A DNA stretch of 64,000 nt from Candidatus Poribacteria bacterium. Lineage in GTDB: Bacteria > Poribacteria > WGA-4E > PCPOR2b. Both the position numbers and the translations under genes were made by a program. Shown here in pieces: positions 1 to 10,597 of the stretch (positions are counted from its first letter, which is position 1; every line of letters begins with the position of its first letter). A model generated the notes under the pieces. It saw only the letters and a list, made by a program, of their open reading frames with translations. It had not been told where the DNA came from and ran no database searches. The DNA lies in NCBI GenBank assembly GCA_965215015.1, contig OZ244042.1, positions 416,001 through 480,000 of the forward strand. The letters run 5' to 3'.

Positions 1-329
1 TCTCGTCAATCCACGGCAAACGTCCAGTCCGTTCAAATGCTTCGCTCACCCCGTGTGCGTCACGCCACACTTTCAAGCCGGTATGATAAATGTGGAAATT
101 CAGATCGAGCCAATCTTGAACAGCCTTCCCGAGATCATCCAACAACGCATCGTGCCAGTTTGGGATCCGCTCGTAGTCAATCGGCAGTACCCCTTTGTGG
201 ACGCAGATATTTCGGACGCTGTACTTGCGCGCTTTCTCATAGGTCGGGTAGGTTAAATCTTTGTCGTCCCCGCCACGGTTTGTCGAAGGTAGGTTCAGCA
301 CCTAGAACGTCGCCAATAGTGTAACCCTT
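1..329 (-). pseudogene. Amidohydrolase_2-family gene fragment (5'-truncated, frameshifted, runs off window start)
   Basis: Manual minus-strand translation: KGYTIGDVLGAEPTFDKPWR / frameshift near 268-271 / DDKDLTYPTYEKARKYSVRNICVHKGVLP...DDLGKAVQDWLDLNFHIYHTG. No start codon or N-terminal half upstream. Confidence 0.65.
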
Positions 330-365
330 ACGAATCTACAGAGAGGGTTTGATACTAAATCTAAA

Positions 366-454
366 GGTTCATGTTAAGAAATCGTGCAGCAGAAACCGAG
401 TTTTCAAAAAACTGGGTTTCTCTTCGCGCTTTGCACTTTCTTTTAACATGAGCC
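366..454. mobile_element. MITE-like element, GGYTCATGTTAA family
   Basis: Terminal inverted repeats GGTTCATGTTAAGAA / TTCTTTTAACATGAGCC, flanked by aatctaaa and aatctaga (7/8 target-site duplication). Confidence 0.75.
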
Positions 455-479
455 AATCTAGATATTCCTTAAAAAGTTC

Positions 480-1307
480 CTATCCATGAAAAAACTTTAT
501 CCGTTCAGCTGCTTTACCCGTTACTGTATCGGGAGAAAGCGCACCCTCCCCGAAAACTATTGGAAACGTATCGCCCGTGATCACCGAGCGAGTCCCTACA
601 TCCATATAGGTCACACTGAACGCTCGACGGGGGGCCGAGGTCGTGTTAACACCCGAACGGTGCAGTAAAAAATTGTGTAACAGAATCGCTTCTCCAGCCT
701 CCGTTTCTAAGTCAATTACATCTTCGTCGCGGGTATATTTCGCTTGGTCCTCCTCCGACGTAAAGTGCCTTTCGTTGAGAATCCCCAGATTATTGCTGCC
801 CGGCACAATCTGCATACAACCACTGCGAACAGTCGCCGCATCTAAGGCAGTCCACACCGTGATAATCGGATTGGTATCAATCTTCCAACCAACCCCGATG
901 TCTTGGTGCCAAACCAGTTCTGTCCCACGCTCAGCGGGTTTGTTCATAAACATGGAACGAAAAACAGAGACGTCTTCCCCGATGTAGCGGCGGGTGATTT
1001 GGCGGATGAGAGCTTTCTGAATGTAGGCAAGAAAGAGCGGATCCTGTTCCAGATCGTCAATGCGCCGGTAGTTCAGAGTCGCTTCTTTGTTCCCTACCGT
1101 ACGAGTCCTTGACCCTCCGGCATACCGAGGGTCAAGTTGAAAGCGCATGTTATCATAGCGGATTTTGCCCAACATAATATCGTCTATGCGCTGCTGGATT
1201 GTGGCAAGTTCGCCGGGAGACAGAAGTTTGCCCAAACGTAGGTAACCCTGCTCCATAAACTGTGCATGGTGTCGATCTTCAAACGAAGAAAGTGCTTCCA
1301 ATTGCAT
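480..1307 (-). CDS. Phytanoyl-CoA dioxygenase (PhyH) family 2OG/Fe(II) oxygenase
   Basis: WHQD (HxD) motif, WTALD, GCMQIVPGS, distal His in LHRSGVN, RRAF; AAGGAG RBS. Confidence 0.9.
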   Translation of the reverse strand: MQLEALSSFEDRHHAQFMEQGYLRLGKLLSPGELATIQQRIDDIMLGKIRYDNMRFQLDPRYAGGSRTRTVGNKEATLNYRRIDDLEQDPLFLAYIQKALIRQITRRYIGEDVSVFRSMFMNKPAERGTELVWHQDIGVGWKIDTNPIITVWTALDAATVRSGCMQIVPGSNNLGILNERHFTSEEDQAKYTRDEDVIDLETEAGEAILLHNFLLHRSGVNTTSAPRRAFSVTYMDVGTRSVITGDTFPIVFGEGALSPDTVTGKAAERIKFFHG

Positions 1308-1416
1308 AACCTTAATCTCCTTCTATGAATATAGCGCAATGTCCTGGGTATCTTCCATCATTGAGTAAGCATCAGAATGATGCAACAGAATCGGAACTTC
1401 CTCGCCCGACGGCACC

Positions 1417-1487
1417 AATGAACTAATGAACCTATGAACAAATGGTTTTCACATTTTTTGCATTTTGTACTTTCTTTGACATGAGCC
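1417..1487. repeat. Octamer AATGAACY repeats followed by a MITE right end
   Basis: aatgaact-aatgaacc-tatgaaca...ttctttgacatgagcc; near copy at 50241-50319, related octamers near 39590 and 58135-58190. Confidence 0.6.
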
Positions 1488-1494
1488 TTATTGA

Positions 1495-2520
1495 TTATAA
1501 CTGAATTTCTTGATAGATGTTTTGGCATGGATTTTCGTCCACGAACAACACCCGCCGGGGCTGTACCATCCCAATCATCGAATATTCCGTATGCGAGTCA
1601 TCAGGCCCACCGTGACGACAAATACTTGGGGAACCGTGATGACGCAAAATCCTTTTCATATCCACCAGACTGTAGTCGGACAACTCAGAGAGACTTTGTT
1701 CAAGAAAATGTTGTCTTGCTTTGGCGTTGCATTTGCCGCTTTCGGTGCGACGATCAGCATCTGCCAGAGTCGGAAGTTGGTAGTAGTTGACACAGTTCAT
1801 GTGACGTGCCTCCGGTGCTGGATGGCGTACCTGTATCATGGGACATGGTGCTTCGATGGAACACATCGCACCATTCGCGTCTACGCAGACATGGCTGTAA
1901 CCTTTGCCGCGTGTTGGGAGTTGGGACAGCCGACGAACAAATTCCGATGTCGTCCGGCTCTGCATCAGACACTCGTAAGCCCACAGGCGTATCGGGACGA
2001 AGTCATCGCTTTGTTGAAAAACACTTCCAACGGAGGAGTGTCCCACCGCTACACCTTCAGCGTTCATCCCATCGGTTGTCGCAACCATGCCGCAGAAGGT
2101 AAAGCTTATCATAGGAATCGCGTCGTTTCGGTGGATAACTCGCGCACACGCCGAACGTCGTGTGTCTTTGGCAAGCCCATCGTTGTTCTTGCCCCAGAGA
2201 GGCCCGTCCGACCCGTCGTTAAATACGATGTTCGTGCACCCCTCATCAACCACTAATTCATTGGCGTACATCGGGAGATTCAGTTGGAAAATAGCATCGA
2301 GGGAGATGTCTGCCCCGGATGCCGTTCCTTCAATTTCCGCGAGAACCGCTGGTAGATGGGTTTTCAATGTCTCCAAAAAACGTGGAAACCGCTGCCCCCA
2401 AACAGTACTGTCTATGTTTAGGGGAAAACGAGAAAGGTGCTCCCGGATTTCTTCACGCAACGCTTCGCCGGTGAGAGCACCAATTTCGCGGGGTGAGCCT
2501 GAGACTTCAATGACTTTCAT
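1495..2520 (-). CDS. C45-family autoproteolytic acyltransferase/peptidase (Ntn hydrolase)
   Basis: EGCTNI nucleophile-Cys site, GKNND, DGMNAEGVAVG; N-terminal GSPREIG motif. Confidence 0.8.
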   Translation of the reverse strand: MKVIEVSGSPREIGALTGEALREEIREHLSRFPLNIDSTVWGQRFPRFLETLKTHLPAVLAEIEGTASGADISLDAIFQLNLPMYANELVVDEGCTNIVFNDGSDGPLWGKNNDGLAKDTRRSACARVIHRNDAIPMISFTFCGMVATTDGMNAEGVAVGHSSVGSVFQQSDDFVPIRLWAYECLMQSRTTSEFVRRLSQLPTRGKGYSHVCVDANGAMCSIEAPCPMIQVRHPAPEARHMNCVNYYQLPTLADADRRTESGKCNAKARQHFLEQSLSELSDYSLVDMKRILRHHGSPSICRHGGPDDSHTEYSMIGMVQPRRVLFVDENPCQNIYQEIQL

Positions 2521-2738
2521 GATATATCCTTAAGATGAAGCATTGGACTAAAAAACCTCGCTCTTTCTGCTGTGATGTACTAGTACGGAGACGGATGCTG
2601 CAGCGCAGAGAGGTATGGACCGTATTCCACGATAAGTTCTACCTCCTCCACTTTAAGTGGGCTTACCAATCCTTCGCGTCAGTCTCTTTTCCTTTGGAGA
2701 TGCTGCTTTATCATTACGGATTTTTTAAAATGAACACC

Positions 2739-2767
2739 ATCGTAGCAAAATTTCCCCTCAATGTCAA
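2739..2767 (-). promoter_or_regulatory. Putative sigma-70 promoter for the C45/PhyH genes
   Basis: Minus strand TTGACA-17 nt-TACGAT with an extended -10 TG. Confidence 0.55.
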
Positions 2768-2853
2768 CGGTAAAGCGAGAAGTATGAGACGAGCAGGAGA
2801 TGCTTAAACCCCTTCCCTCTCAAGTGCGTCAAATAGCTGAAGCCGCTCGGTTT

Positions 2854-2891
2854 AATATACCTATTTGGTTCAAATATACCTATTTGGTTCA
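2854..2891. repeat. Perfect 19-bp tandem duplication
   Basis: aatatacctatttggttca twice; the second copy overlaps the left end of the MITE at 2886. Confidence 0.85.
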
Positions 2892-3047
2892 TGTGAAAAG
2901 AAGGTGTAGAGCAAAGATACCCGGAACATAGCGCAACACACTTGGTATTTTCAATTCACCAAACACCAGAGTCCAACACGATTGGTATTTGTCCCCGAGT
3001 TTTTTCGGAAAAACTCGGGGGCTTTGCACCATTTCTTAACATGAGCT
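2886..3047. mobile_element. MITE-like element, long form of GGYTCATGTTAA family
   Basis: GGTTCATGTGAAAAG / TTTCTTAACATGAGCT ends; flanks acctattt and ccctattt; interior is the reverse complement of copies at 48328 and 50054. Confidence 0.75.
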
Positions 3048-3310
3048 CCCTATTTTTTTGCAATAAGTAGATAGGGGCTTTTCTCTGAGCTCAACGCAAA
3101 ATCGCAAAGACCCAAGGCAAGACAAATGAAAGTGTGGAAGCAGGGAAGATTGGGGGTTTTTGATAGCCTTCCTGTCTTGCCTTTGCTCTCAAGCGTTTTA
3201 TTAAGAGCCAGTAACTACTTATTCCCTTTTTTACTAAAACAGCACTCACAAAAATGTCCAAGAATCGGCAAACGATTAGGCTATACCCGTCGGGAAGGGA
3301 CTTTGTTTAT

Positions 3311-4114
3311 ATGAATAGAAATCAAACCCCAACATCCACCTCGAATCTTTCGATCTTACACATTCTGGTGGTCTTATTTTCCTTTTTCATCGTTCAACTT
3401 CCACTATTTGCGGAAAGCCATGCCACGGATATTGATGTTAAAGCCATCGTCAAACGAATGGACGAGCTCTATCGTAGCGAAACAAGCCAGACCAACATGG
3501 AGATGCAAATTGTTACGCCACACTGGGAAAGAACCTTGGCTTTGGAGGTCTGGACAAAGGGGATGGACAGGACCTTCATCTTGATAACATCGCCCAAAAA
3601 AGAGAAAGGTGTTGCGACCTTGCGGATTGGGAACGAAATGTGGAACTATCTCCCCAAAACCAACAAGGTGATGAAGGTGCCACCGTCAATGATGATGGGA
3701 TCTTGGATGGGCTCTGATTTTACGAATGACGACCTCGTCAAAGAGTCATCAATGCTCGACGATTATACCTACGAACTAATCACACCGGCGGAGGCCCTAC
3801 CTGACCATCTCTACATTCAGTTGCTACCAAAGGAGGATTCACCGATTGTCTGGGGCAAACTTATTGTTGCTATCCGAGTAAGTGATCAGCTTCCGGTTTG
3901 GCAGCATTTCTACGACGAAACGGGGCGTCTCACGCGAGTCATGAACTTCAAAGAGATTAAATCGTTTGACGGAAAGATTATACCCTCGATGATGGAGATG
4001 ATACCCCAAAACAAAGAAGGACACAAAACCGTTGTACGGTTTGTGGATGCCGAATTTGACAAAGATATTGACGAAAAAGTCTTCACGCGCCGAAACCTTC
4101 AGAAGCGAAGATGA
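3311..4114 (+). CDS. Outer-membrane lipoprotein-sorting (LolA-like) periplasmic protein
   Basis: Signal-peptide-like N-terminus; SPKKEKGVATL, WNYLP, SWMGSDFTNDDL motifs; first gene of the ABC cassette. Start moved from 3254 to ATG 3311. Confidence 0.8.
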   Translation: MNRNQTPTSTSNLSILHILVVLFSFFIVQLPLFAESHATDIDVKAIVKRMDELYRSETSQTNMEMQIVTPHWERTLALEVWTKGMDRTFILITSPKKEKGVATLRIGNEMWNYLPKTNKVMKVPPSMMMGSWMGSDFTNDDLVKESSMLDDYTYELITPAEALPDHLYIQLLPKEDSPIVWGKLIVAIRVSDQLPVWQHFYDETGRLTRVMNFKEIKSFDGKIIPSMMEMIPQNKEGHKTVVRFVDAEFDKDIDEKVFTRRNLQKRR

Positions 4115-4214
4115 GTCAAAGGCAAGGACGCGTGGATATAAGTGAGGTTGATGGAGATTCACTGTTTCAGTGGCTTATAGGCTTATTTACGTCTCACGCA
4201 TTACGTTTTACGCT

Positions 4215-5432
4215 ATGATGACACTTAAAATTGCATTCCGCAACATCTTCCGTCAGAAACGACGCACAATACTAACCGCACTCGCAATGATTGTCGGATT
4301 TACACTCTCGTCCGTATTCATCGGCTGGTCCGACGGTGCCTATTCCGACATTATCGAGATGTTTACGCAGAACCGCATCGGGCATATTCAGGTGCATCGC
4401 GGAGGCTATCTTGATAAACCGTCGCTCTACAAAACGATGGCTGATTACGAGTCTATCGGGGAAACCATCGGGAGCATAAAAGGGGTAGAGGCGTGGACAC
4501 CGCGAGTATACTCGGCGGGACTTGGCTCGGTCGACGAAAAGAGCACCACCCTACAAATCATCGGTGTCGAGGTCGGACGTGAAGTCAAAGCGACTCGATT
4601 TGATAAGAAAATCATTGATGGAAGGGAGCTCTCAGCGCAACCGGCGCGTGAAGCCGTTTTAGGCAAGGGACTCGCGAGAATCTTTGCTGCAACGGTCGGC
4701 GACGAAATTGTGATTGTCTCACAGGGTGCCGATGGCTCGATTGCTAACGAATTGTATGAGATTGTTGGCATCGCAGAAAGCGGTGACGACACCACAGATC
4801 GGATGGCGTGTTATCTCCATATCAGAGACGCGCAGGAGTTGCTTGTCCTTGAAGGGCGCGCCCACGAAATTGTTGTAATTGTCTCAAACATCAATCACGT
4901 CCACAAAATCACGAAGGCAATTGAAACCGCTCTTGATGATTCAACGCTTGATGTTGCCCCTTGGCAGGTGGTCGCCAAGGCTTTCTATCGAGCAATGCAG
5001 GCGGACAAGCAGGGCGATGCTATTGGACGAATTATCATCATGCTCATCGTCGCTATCGGTGTATTGAATACGGTCCTGATGTCGGTGCTGGAGAGAACGG
5101 GCGAATACGGTGTATTGAAGGCAGTCGGAACGAAACCGGGGCAAATCTTCTGGTTGGTGATTTGCGAAGTACTCATCATCGCCCTTGGCAGCATTGTCGT
5201 CGGTGCTATATTTGGTGTTTCGATCAACTATCTGCTGTCGATATATGGCATCACCATGCCACAGGAATTTACTTACGGCGGCATCAAATTTCAAACCATG
5301 TACGCCGAAGTCAACACACGAAGTCTCATTGTTCCCGCGATTACCGTCATACTGTCGGCAGCGATAGTCAGTCTATTTCCCGCGCTAAAGGCGGCACGAA
5401 TTCTGCCAGCTAGGGCAATGCGAACCCATTGA
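4215..5432 (+). CDS. ABC transporter permease, MacB/FtsX (LolC/E-like)
   Basis: AFRNIFRQKRRTILT, SVLERTGEYGVLKAVG, C-terminal PALKAARILPARAMR. Confidence 0.9.
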   Translation: MMTLKIAFRNIFRQKRRTILTALAMIVGFTLSSVFIGWSDGAYSDIIEMFTQNRIGHIQVHRGGYLDKPSLYKTMADYESIGETIGSIKGVEAWTPRVYSAGLGSVDEKSTTLQIIGVEVGREVKATRFDKKIIDGRELSAQPAREAVLGKGLARIFAATVGDEIVIVSQGADGSIANELYEIVGIAESGDDTTDRMACYLHIRDAQELLVLEGRAHEIVVIVSNINHVHKITKAIETALDDSTLDVAPWQVVAKAFYRAMQADKQGDAIGRIIIMLIVAIGVLNTVLMSVLERTGEYGVLKAVGTKPGQIFWLVICEVLIIALGSIVVGAIFGVSINYLLSIYGITMPQEFTYGGIKFQTMYAEVNTRSLIVPAITVILSAAIVSLFPALKAARILPARAMRTH

Positions 5433-5464
5433 AATTAGTAATCAGGGGACAAAATAAATAATCT

Positions 5465-5537
5465 GGCTCATATTAAGAAATGGTGCAACAAAAACTCGAT
5501 TTCTCTTAGCATTTTGCACTTTCTTTTTACATAAGCT
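5465..5537. mobile_element. MITE-like element with perfect 8-bp target-site duplication
   Basis: aataatct-GGCTCATATTAAGAAA...TTTCTTTTTACATAAGCT-aataatct, inserted between the two permease genes. Confidence 0.8.
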
Positions 5538-5576
5538 AATAATCTTATCACGCAGCACGTTTCACGGTTCAAAACC

Positions 5577-6806
5577 ATGGGGCTAATCTTCATTAAACTG
5601 GCTTGGAGAAATCTGTTTCGGAATAAACGACGTACAATCATTGCTTCGATAGCGATTGGGATCGGCTTAGCTGCACTGATTTTCGCCGATGCACTGTGGG
5701 TTGGGATAGAACAAAACATGGTCAAAACTGCCACCGCTTCGTTTCTCGGCGATGGGCAGATTCACCGAGCAGACTTCCGCGACACGCAGGCAGTCGAAAT
5801 GACAATCAATCAACTTGATGAAGTGGTCGAGGGGCTCTCTCAGGAAGTGATTGTTCAACAGTTCACACCCCGGACATTCGCTTTTGGGATGATTACTTCG
5901 TCGGCAAATGTCAGCGCAATTAGCCTCGTGGGGGTCCAACCATCAACAGAACAGTTCCTATCCCAAATCGATGACGCAATCACGGAAGGGGCGTACTTTG
6001 AAGGGGATAACGACCGCGATATTGTGATTGGCGCAAAACTGGCGGAACTCCTTGAGGTTACACTTGGCAATCGGGTCGTCGTCACCGTCGCTCAAGCAGA
6101 GAGCGGTGACCTATCCCAAGAAATGTTTCGGATTTCAGGGATCTATCATCTCGGCGATGACGCAATGAGCGGAGGCATGGCGTTTGTGCGGTTGGAAAAA
6201 GCCCAAGAGATGCTTGCCATCGGTTCCGGCGTCCATGAGATTGCCATCAAATTTACCGACACAAAATACGGACAGGATAAAGATCTTCCATTCTGGGAGC
6301 GATATTCTCAACGCGACAACGAAGCGTTAGGCTGGCCGGAAATCCTACCTCAATTACAAGCCGCATTCGAGATGTCCAAGTATAGCAAATACATCATGGG
6401 GGTTATCCTCTTTGGTGTTGTTATATTCGGAATTATCAATACGCTTTTCATGTCGTTGTATGAGCGGATGTTCGAGTTTGGTGTTCTGCGTGCCGTGGGG
6501 ACGCGCCCTTTTGGGATGGCGCGACTAATCTTATTTGAAGCCGGGGCGTTGGCGATTGTGAGTATCGTCCTTGGTGCCATCCTCGGTTTCGCCTTGACGT
6601 GGATATTTACGAAGATCGGTATTGATTACACCGGCATTGAAATGATGGGCGTGACAATACAGGAACTCATCTACCCCGTCATGACAATCAAACCGTTCAT
6701 CTTGTATCCTATTTGGGTGTTTATTTTTACTATTATTACCGGACTGTATCCGGCTCGATATGCAGCGAAGATAGTCCCGGTGATCGCAATGCGTAAGAGT
6801 TTTTAA
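5577..6806 (+). CDS. ABC transporter permease, MacB/FtsX (LolC/E-like)
   Basis: AWRNLFRNKRRT, SLYERMFEFGVLRAVG, YPARYAAK. Confidence 0.9.
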   Translation: MGLIFIKLAWRNLFRNKRRTIIASIAIGIGLAALIFADALWVGIEQNMVKTATASFLGDGQIHRADFRDTQAVEMTINQLDEVVEGLSQEVIVQQFTPRTFAFGMITSSANVSAISLVGVQPSTEQFLSQIDDAITEGAYFEGDNDRDIVIGAKLAELLEVTLGNRVVVTVAQAESGDLSQEMFRISGIYHLGDDAMSGGMAFVRLEKAQEMLAIGSGVHEIAIKFTDTKYGQDKDLPFWERYSQRDNEALGWPEILPQLQAAFEMSKYSKYIMGVILFGVVIFGIINTLFMSLYERMFEFGVLRAVGTRPFGMARLILFEAGALAIVSIVLGAILGFALTWIFTKIGIDYTGIEMMGVTIQELIYPVMTIKPFILYPIWVFIFTIITGLYPARYAAKIVPVIAMRKSF

Positions 6807-6865
6807 GACAGCAAGAGCGGCGGAGTCAAAGAAAGAGGGATCTGTTTTACACGAGGAGCTTAACG

Positions 6866-7561
6866 TTGACAAATACTGATGTGATTGTTACAGAAAACAT
6901 TACGAAGGTGTATGCGGGAAATGGCGTGCCCGTCAAAGCCCTTCGGGGAGTTGATTTGACGATTCAATCAGGGGAATTTACGGCGTTGGTGGGACCGTCT
7001 GGGTCAGGGAAAACCACACTCCTCAACATCATTTCTGGGTTGGATGCACCGACAGAAGGGAAAGTCTGGTTGTCAGGCAAGCTGCTGTCGGGCATGAGCG
7101 GTAACGAGCTGTCCGATTTTCGCCGAGACAACATCGGCTTTATCTTTCAGGCATACAATCTCATTCCCGTGCTGACAGTGGAAGAGAACGTGGAATACAT
7201 TATGCTCTTGCAACATGTGTCTAAAGCGGAACGGCATAGACGCGTCGCCGCAATGCTTGAGGAGGTTGGGCTAGCGGGATTTGCAGACCGGAACCCGCCG
7301 CAGCTCTCAGGTGGACAGCAACAGCGCGTCGCCATTGCACGGGCGATGGTCTCTGAACCTGCGATTATCCTCGCGGATGAACCAACTGCGAACCTTGACT
7401 CGAGCACAGGTGCAGACCTGCTTGATATGATGAGTCACCTCAATGTACAGACAAACATGACGTTCGTATTTTCAACCCATGACCCAATGGTAATGGAGAG
7501 AGCAAAACGCTTGATAACTCTGAAGGACGGTCAAGTTGAGAGTGACAAAATTAAAGGGTAG
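6866..7561 (+). CDS. ABC transporter ATP-binding protein (LolD-like)
   Basis: Walker A GPSGSGKT, signature LSGGQQQR, Walker [13 protein letters not shown]-loop STHD. Confidence 0.95.
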   Translation: MTNTDVIVTENITKVYAGNGVPVKALRGVDLTIQSGEFTALVGPSGSGKTTLLNIISGLDAPTEGKVWLSGKLLSGMSGNELSDFRRDNIGFIFQAYNLIPVLTVEENVEYIMLLQHVSKAERHRRVAAMLEEVGLAGFADRNPPQLSGGQQQRVAIARAMVSEPAIILADEPTANLDSSTGADLLDMMSHLNVQTNMTFVFSTHDPMVMERAKRLITLKDGQVESDKIKG

Positions 7562-8786
7562 CGTGGGCATCATCTGCCGAAGGTATCTGGGGTGGGTGAT
7601 GATCATGCTCTCAACTATCGCCTTAGCCAACCATGATCTTCAAATCAGTGGATATTATAAAAACTTTTCCACAGGTTTGGATTCCCCCTTGCCGGACGCA
7701 CCAATTATCGGTGCGGTGAACAACCGACTGCGACTGAATTGTACTTACGTGCCCATCGATCCGCTCTCGTTTGACCTCTCTTACGATTTTGCCCCTCGTA
7801 TTCAAGATCCCTCGCTGTTTTCTGAGCCGCCAATCATGGGGGCCGCTGAGTCACTCCGCTATCGCCTTGTGGATTTTGATTCTGCTATCTATCCGCACAA
7901 GAATGACCCGGTTGGTAGTTTCAGTCTCCTCCAGAACCTCGATCGTGCAGCCATTGCCTACGGTGCCGATTTTGGAGACATCACAATTGGTCGCCAAGCC
8001 ATCGCATGGGGAAGTGCGCGGGTCGTGAACCCAACGGACGTTATTGCGCCCTACGCCTACAATCAACTGGACACGGAGGACCGAATCGGTGTGGATGCGA
8101 TTCGAGTTCAGATCCCGATTGGCGTGTTGGGAGAATTTGATGCTGGCTATGTTTCCGGCGAGAATTTGGCTTTTGAAAAGAGTGCCTTCTTCCTTCAGAG
8201 CCGACTGAATGCGGTAGAAACCGACTTCTCAATTATGCTGTTGGGATTTCGCGAACACCTGATGACAGGTTTTGATATGGCTCGAGGGATCGGCGGTGCC
8301 GGGTTTTGGCTTGAAGCCGCTTACGTTTACACCAACGCATTCAACAATGAAAACGGGGATGCAGAAAACTATCTCCGTGCGTCAACAGGTCTGGACTACA
8401 GTTTTGCAGGTACGGCTTACGGGTTCATCGAATATCACTTTAGCAGTGCAGGTGCAAGGAAGCCGGAAAATTATCTTGTCAATCTGACCCAACCGGCGTA
8501 CACCGATGGAGCGGTTTACCTCATGGGCAGACACTACTTTGTCCCCGGACTTACCCTCCAAATCACGCCGCTTATCTCGTTGAGTGGCGTCGTGCTATCC
8601 AACATCTCCGATCCTTCCATGTTCCCCTCTCTGCAAATTGAATATTATTTCGCACAAGACATTTATCTCTCCGCCGGTGGGTTCATCGGAATCGGCAAAG
8701 GTCCTGAAATCGAAGAAACACAATTCAGATCGGAGTTTGGTGGATATCCCAACCTCTTTTTTTTATCGTTCCGAATCTATTTCTGA
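7536..8786 (+). CDS. Putative outer-membrane beta-barrel protein
   Basis: Signal-like N-terminus, ITIGRQAIAWG and NPTD motifs, alternating beta-strand pattern, C-terminal aromatic FRIYF. True start probably slightly downstream. Confidence 0.65.
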   Translation: MRVTKLKGSVGIICRRYLGWVMIMLSTIALANHDLQISGYYKNFSTGLDSPLPDAPIIGAVNNRLRLNCTYVPIDPLSFDLSYDFAPRIQDPSLFSEPPIMGAAESLRYRLVDFDSAIYPHKNDPVGSFSLLQNLDRAAIAYGADFGDITIGRQAIAWGSARVVNPTDVIAPYAYNQLDTEDRIGVDAIRVQIPIGVLGEFDAGYVSGENLAFEKSAFFLQSRLNAVETDFSIMLLGFREHLMTGFDMARGIGGAGFWLEAAYVYTNAFNNENGDAENYLRASTGLDYSFAGTAYGFIEYHFSSAGARKPENYLVNLTQPAYTDGAVYLMGRHYFVPGLTLQITPLISLSGVVLSNISDPSMFPSLQIEYYFAQDIYLSAGGFIGIGKGPEIEETQFRSEFGGYPNLFFLSFRIYF

Positions 8787-8864
8787 ACGAACAGAGGAGG
8801 CAATCTTAAACACATTAAGGCACTCTGTTTCAACTTACAGAGATAAATCTCCCACCTTACGTTT

Positions 8865-10331
8865 TTAGGATTCCCCCTGCCGACGGACGTTCTTGTAGGG
8901 GGAAACTAGGGGAGGCTTCGGCGGCGGGGAAACTAGCTCCCCATCTACTACCCAGCCACAATTCCTCGCTGCCAGTTCCGCGATCAAATATCCCTTCCAT
9001 TTGGCGATTTCAGTCTGATATTCCGGATGGTTAATCCGGTTATGGCATTCACCCGAATCCTCTTCAAGATTGAAAAACTGCATATCATTGATTCGTGGCA
9101 ACCAAATCAACTTCCGTTTTCCATCGGTGACGTACTGCATCTCCTGTTCATGAGAATAACAGGTGCAATGTTCGCCGTGGATGTAAGGACGCCAATTCAG
9201 GTCGGCGCACTGTGTCAGCGGGACAACGCTCTGCCCATCAACGATTCTCGGAATATCAACGCCTGCCACATCTAGAATAGTCGGCATAATATCACGCAGT
9301 TCGACTACCTCATCAGCTACTCTACGGAAGACCGTAGAACCACGAGGCGGTGGGGTGACGATGAAGGGAATGCGAGCACTGCCTTCGTAGGCGTAGGTCT
9401 TACGCCACAGGTTGTGGTCACCAAGCATCTCACCGTGGTCGGAGGTAAAGATAAACCATGTATCCGCAAAAGTATCCTGCTGATGCCGCCTAAACCAGTT
9501 CATCAATCGACCAATCTGGGTATCAATAAAGGAGATTTCACCATAGTAGCCAGATCGGGCGCGATGAATGCGTCGAGCCGAGTGTTTTCCGCGCCATGCG
9601 TTGGGGTCAACTGCGTCTTCGGGTTTGTCGTGACAGGCAGCCCAGTCGCCGACAGACGGGGACGGCGTCGTGTCGTTATAATACATATCGAAATAAGGTG
9701 CGGGAGGCACAAAGGGGGAGTGTGGTCGAGCGAAGGAGATATTTAGGAAAAAGGGACGCTCCCGGTCACGTTGAGCAAGGAAATGAATCGCACGGTTCAT
9801 CGTCCATGCCGTTGGATGCAGATACTCTTCAGTGTGCCAAGGGCGAGAGACCCAAGAGTTCCAATCGACACCATGGTCATCGGGCGTGATGTCGCGCCGT
9901 TTTTCCGCCTCGAACCATGTGCGGTATTCGTCCTTCAGACCATGCCGCAACATCCGTCCGGATTCGTCGAACTCTTGGCTTTCAAAACCCATTTTGACGC
10001 GTTGGGGGGTGAAGTGCCCCTTCCCGACGAGATGTGTCCGATAGCCGACGTAGGTCAATTCACCCGCCAATGTGTGTGGGAAGTCGTTGGGAATTGGTCC
10101 CTGGCCTCTACCCATACCGAGGATACCGGTATGCCACTGGTTCATCCCCGTCATAAGCGTTGCCCGCGCCGGAATGCAGGAAGGGGAGGCGGTGTAAGCA
10201 TGTTGAAACCGGGTGCCGCGGGCGGCAAGATAATCAAGGTTTGGCGTTTCGATACAGGTGTTGCCATCAGCACCTAGGCAATCACCGCGCATCTGGTCTA
10301 CCATGATGAGAATGACATTGGGGCGGTTCAT
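8865..10331 (-). CDS. Arylsulfatase (Cys-type formylglycine sulfatase)
   Basis: RPNVILIMVDQ, CIPARATLMTG (CxPxR), GKGH, FTSDHGEMLGDH, YEGSARIP. Confidence 0.95.
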   Translation of the reverse strand: MNRPNVILIMVDQMRGDCLGADGNTCIETPNLDYLAARGTRFQHAYTASPSCIPARATLMTGMNQWHTGILGMGRGQGPIPNDFPHTLAGELTYVGYRTHLVGKGHFTPQRVKMGFESQEFDESGRMLRHGLKDEYRTWFEAEKRRDITPDDHGVDWNSWVSRPWHTEEYLHPTAWTMNRAIHFLAQRDRERPFFLNISFARPHSPFVPPAPYFDMYYNDTTPSPSVGDWAACHDKPEDAVDPNAWRGKHSARRIHRARSGYYGEISFIDTQIGRLMNWFRRHQQDTFADTWFIFTSDHGEMLGDHNLWRKTYAYEGSARIPFIVTPPPRGSTVFRRVADEVVELRDIMPTILDVAGVDIPRIVDGQSVVPLTQCADLNWRPYIHGEHCTCYSHEQEMQYVTDGKRKLIWLPRINDMQFFNLEEDSGECHNRINHPEYQTEIAKWKGYLIAELAARNCGWVVDGELVSPPPKPPLVSPYKNVRRQGES

Positions 10332-10597
10332 CGAAAAACTCCTTTTATTTTAATTTATCTCTTGTCAAGCGGAGGGTTAAATTAGTAGAAAAGTGCAGAT
10401 TGGCACAGTCCCGTCGGGAAATTCGACGACTATCTCTTCAGATTGGATTGGCTACTCCAATATAATCAACTCATTCGTGGAGGATGTCAAGAAGATTTTC
10501 CATTGTCGGAGGCGATTTTGAGCACATTCCATCACCGGGACACAGAGCAACAGTTTAGCGGATTAGCATGGAATGTGTAATAACAAAATGATACAAT

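Noticed and set aside
1510-2256. Long antisense ORFs (also 22350-23009, 24109-24771, 45131-45781, 61116-61712)
   Set aside because: They lie opposite well-supported genes and show no motifs; treated as shadow ORFs.
2521-2738. Riboswitch in long leaders (also 17430-17620 and 23127-23230)
   Set aside because: No recognisable consensus of known riboswitch classes by eye; an Infernal/Rfam scan would be needed.
10478-10491. GGAGGATGTCAA as an IS200/IS605 end
   Set aside because: No accompanying subterminal hairpin; more simply a minus-strand TTGACA upstream of the sulfatase.
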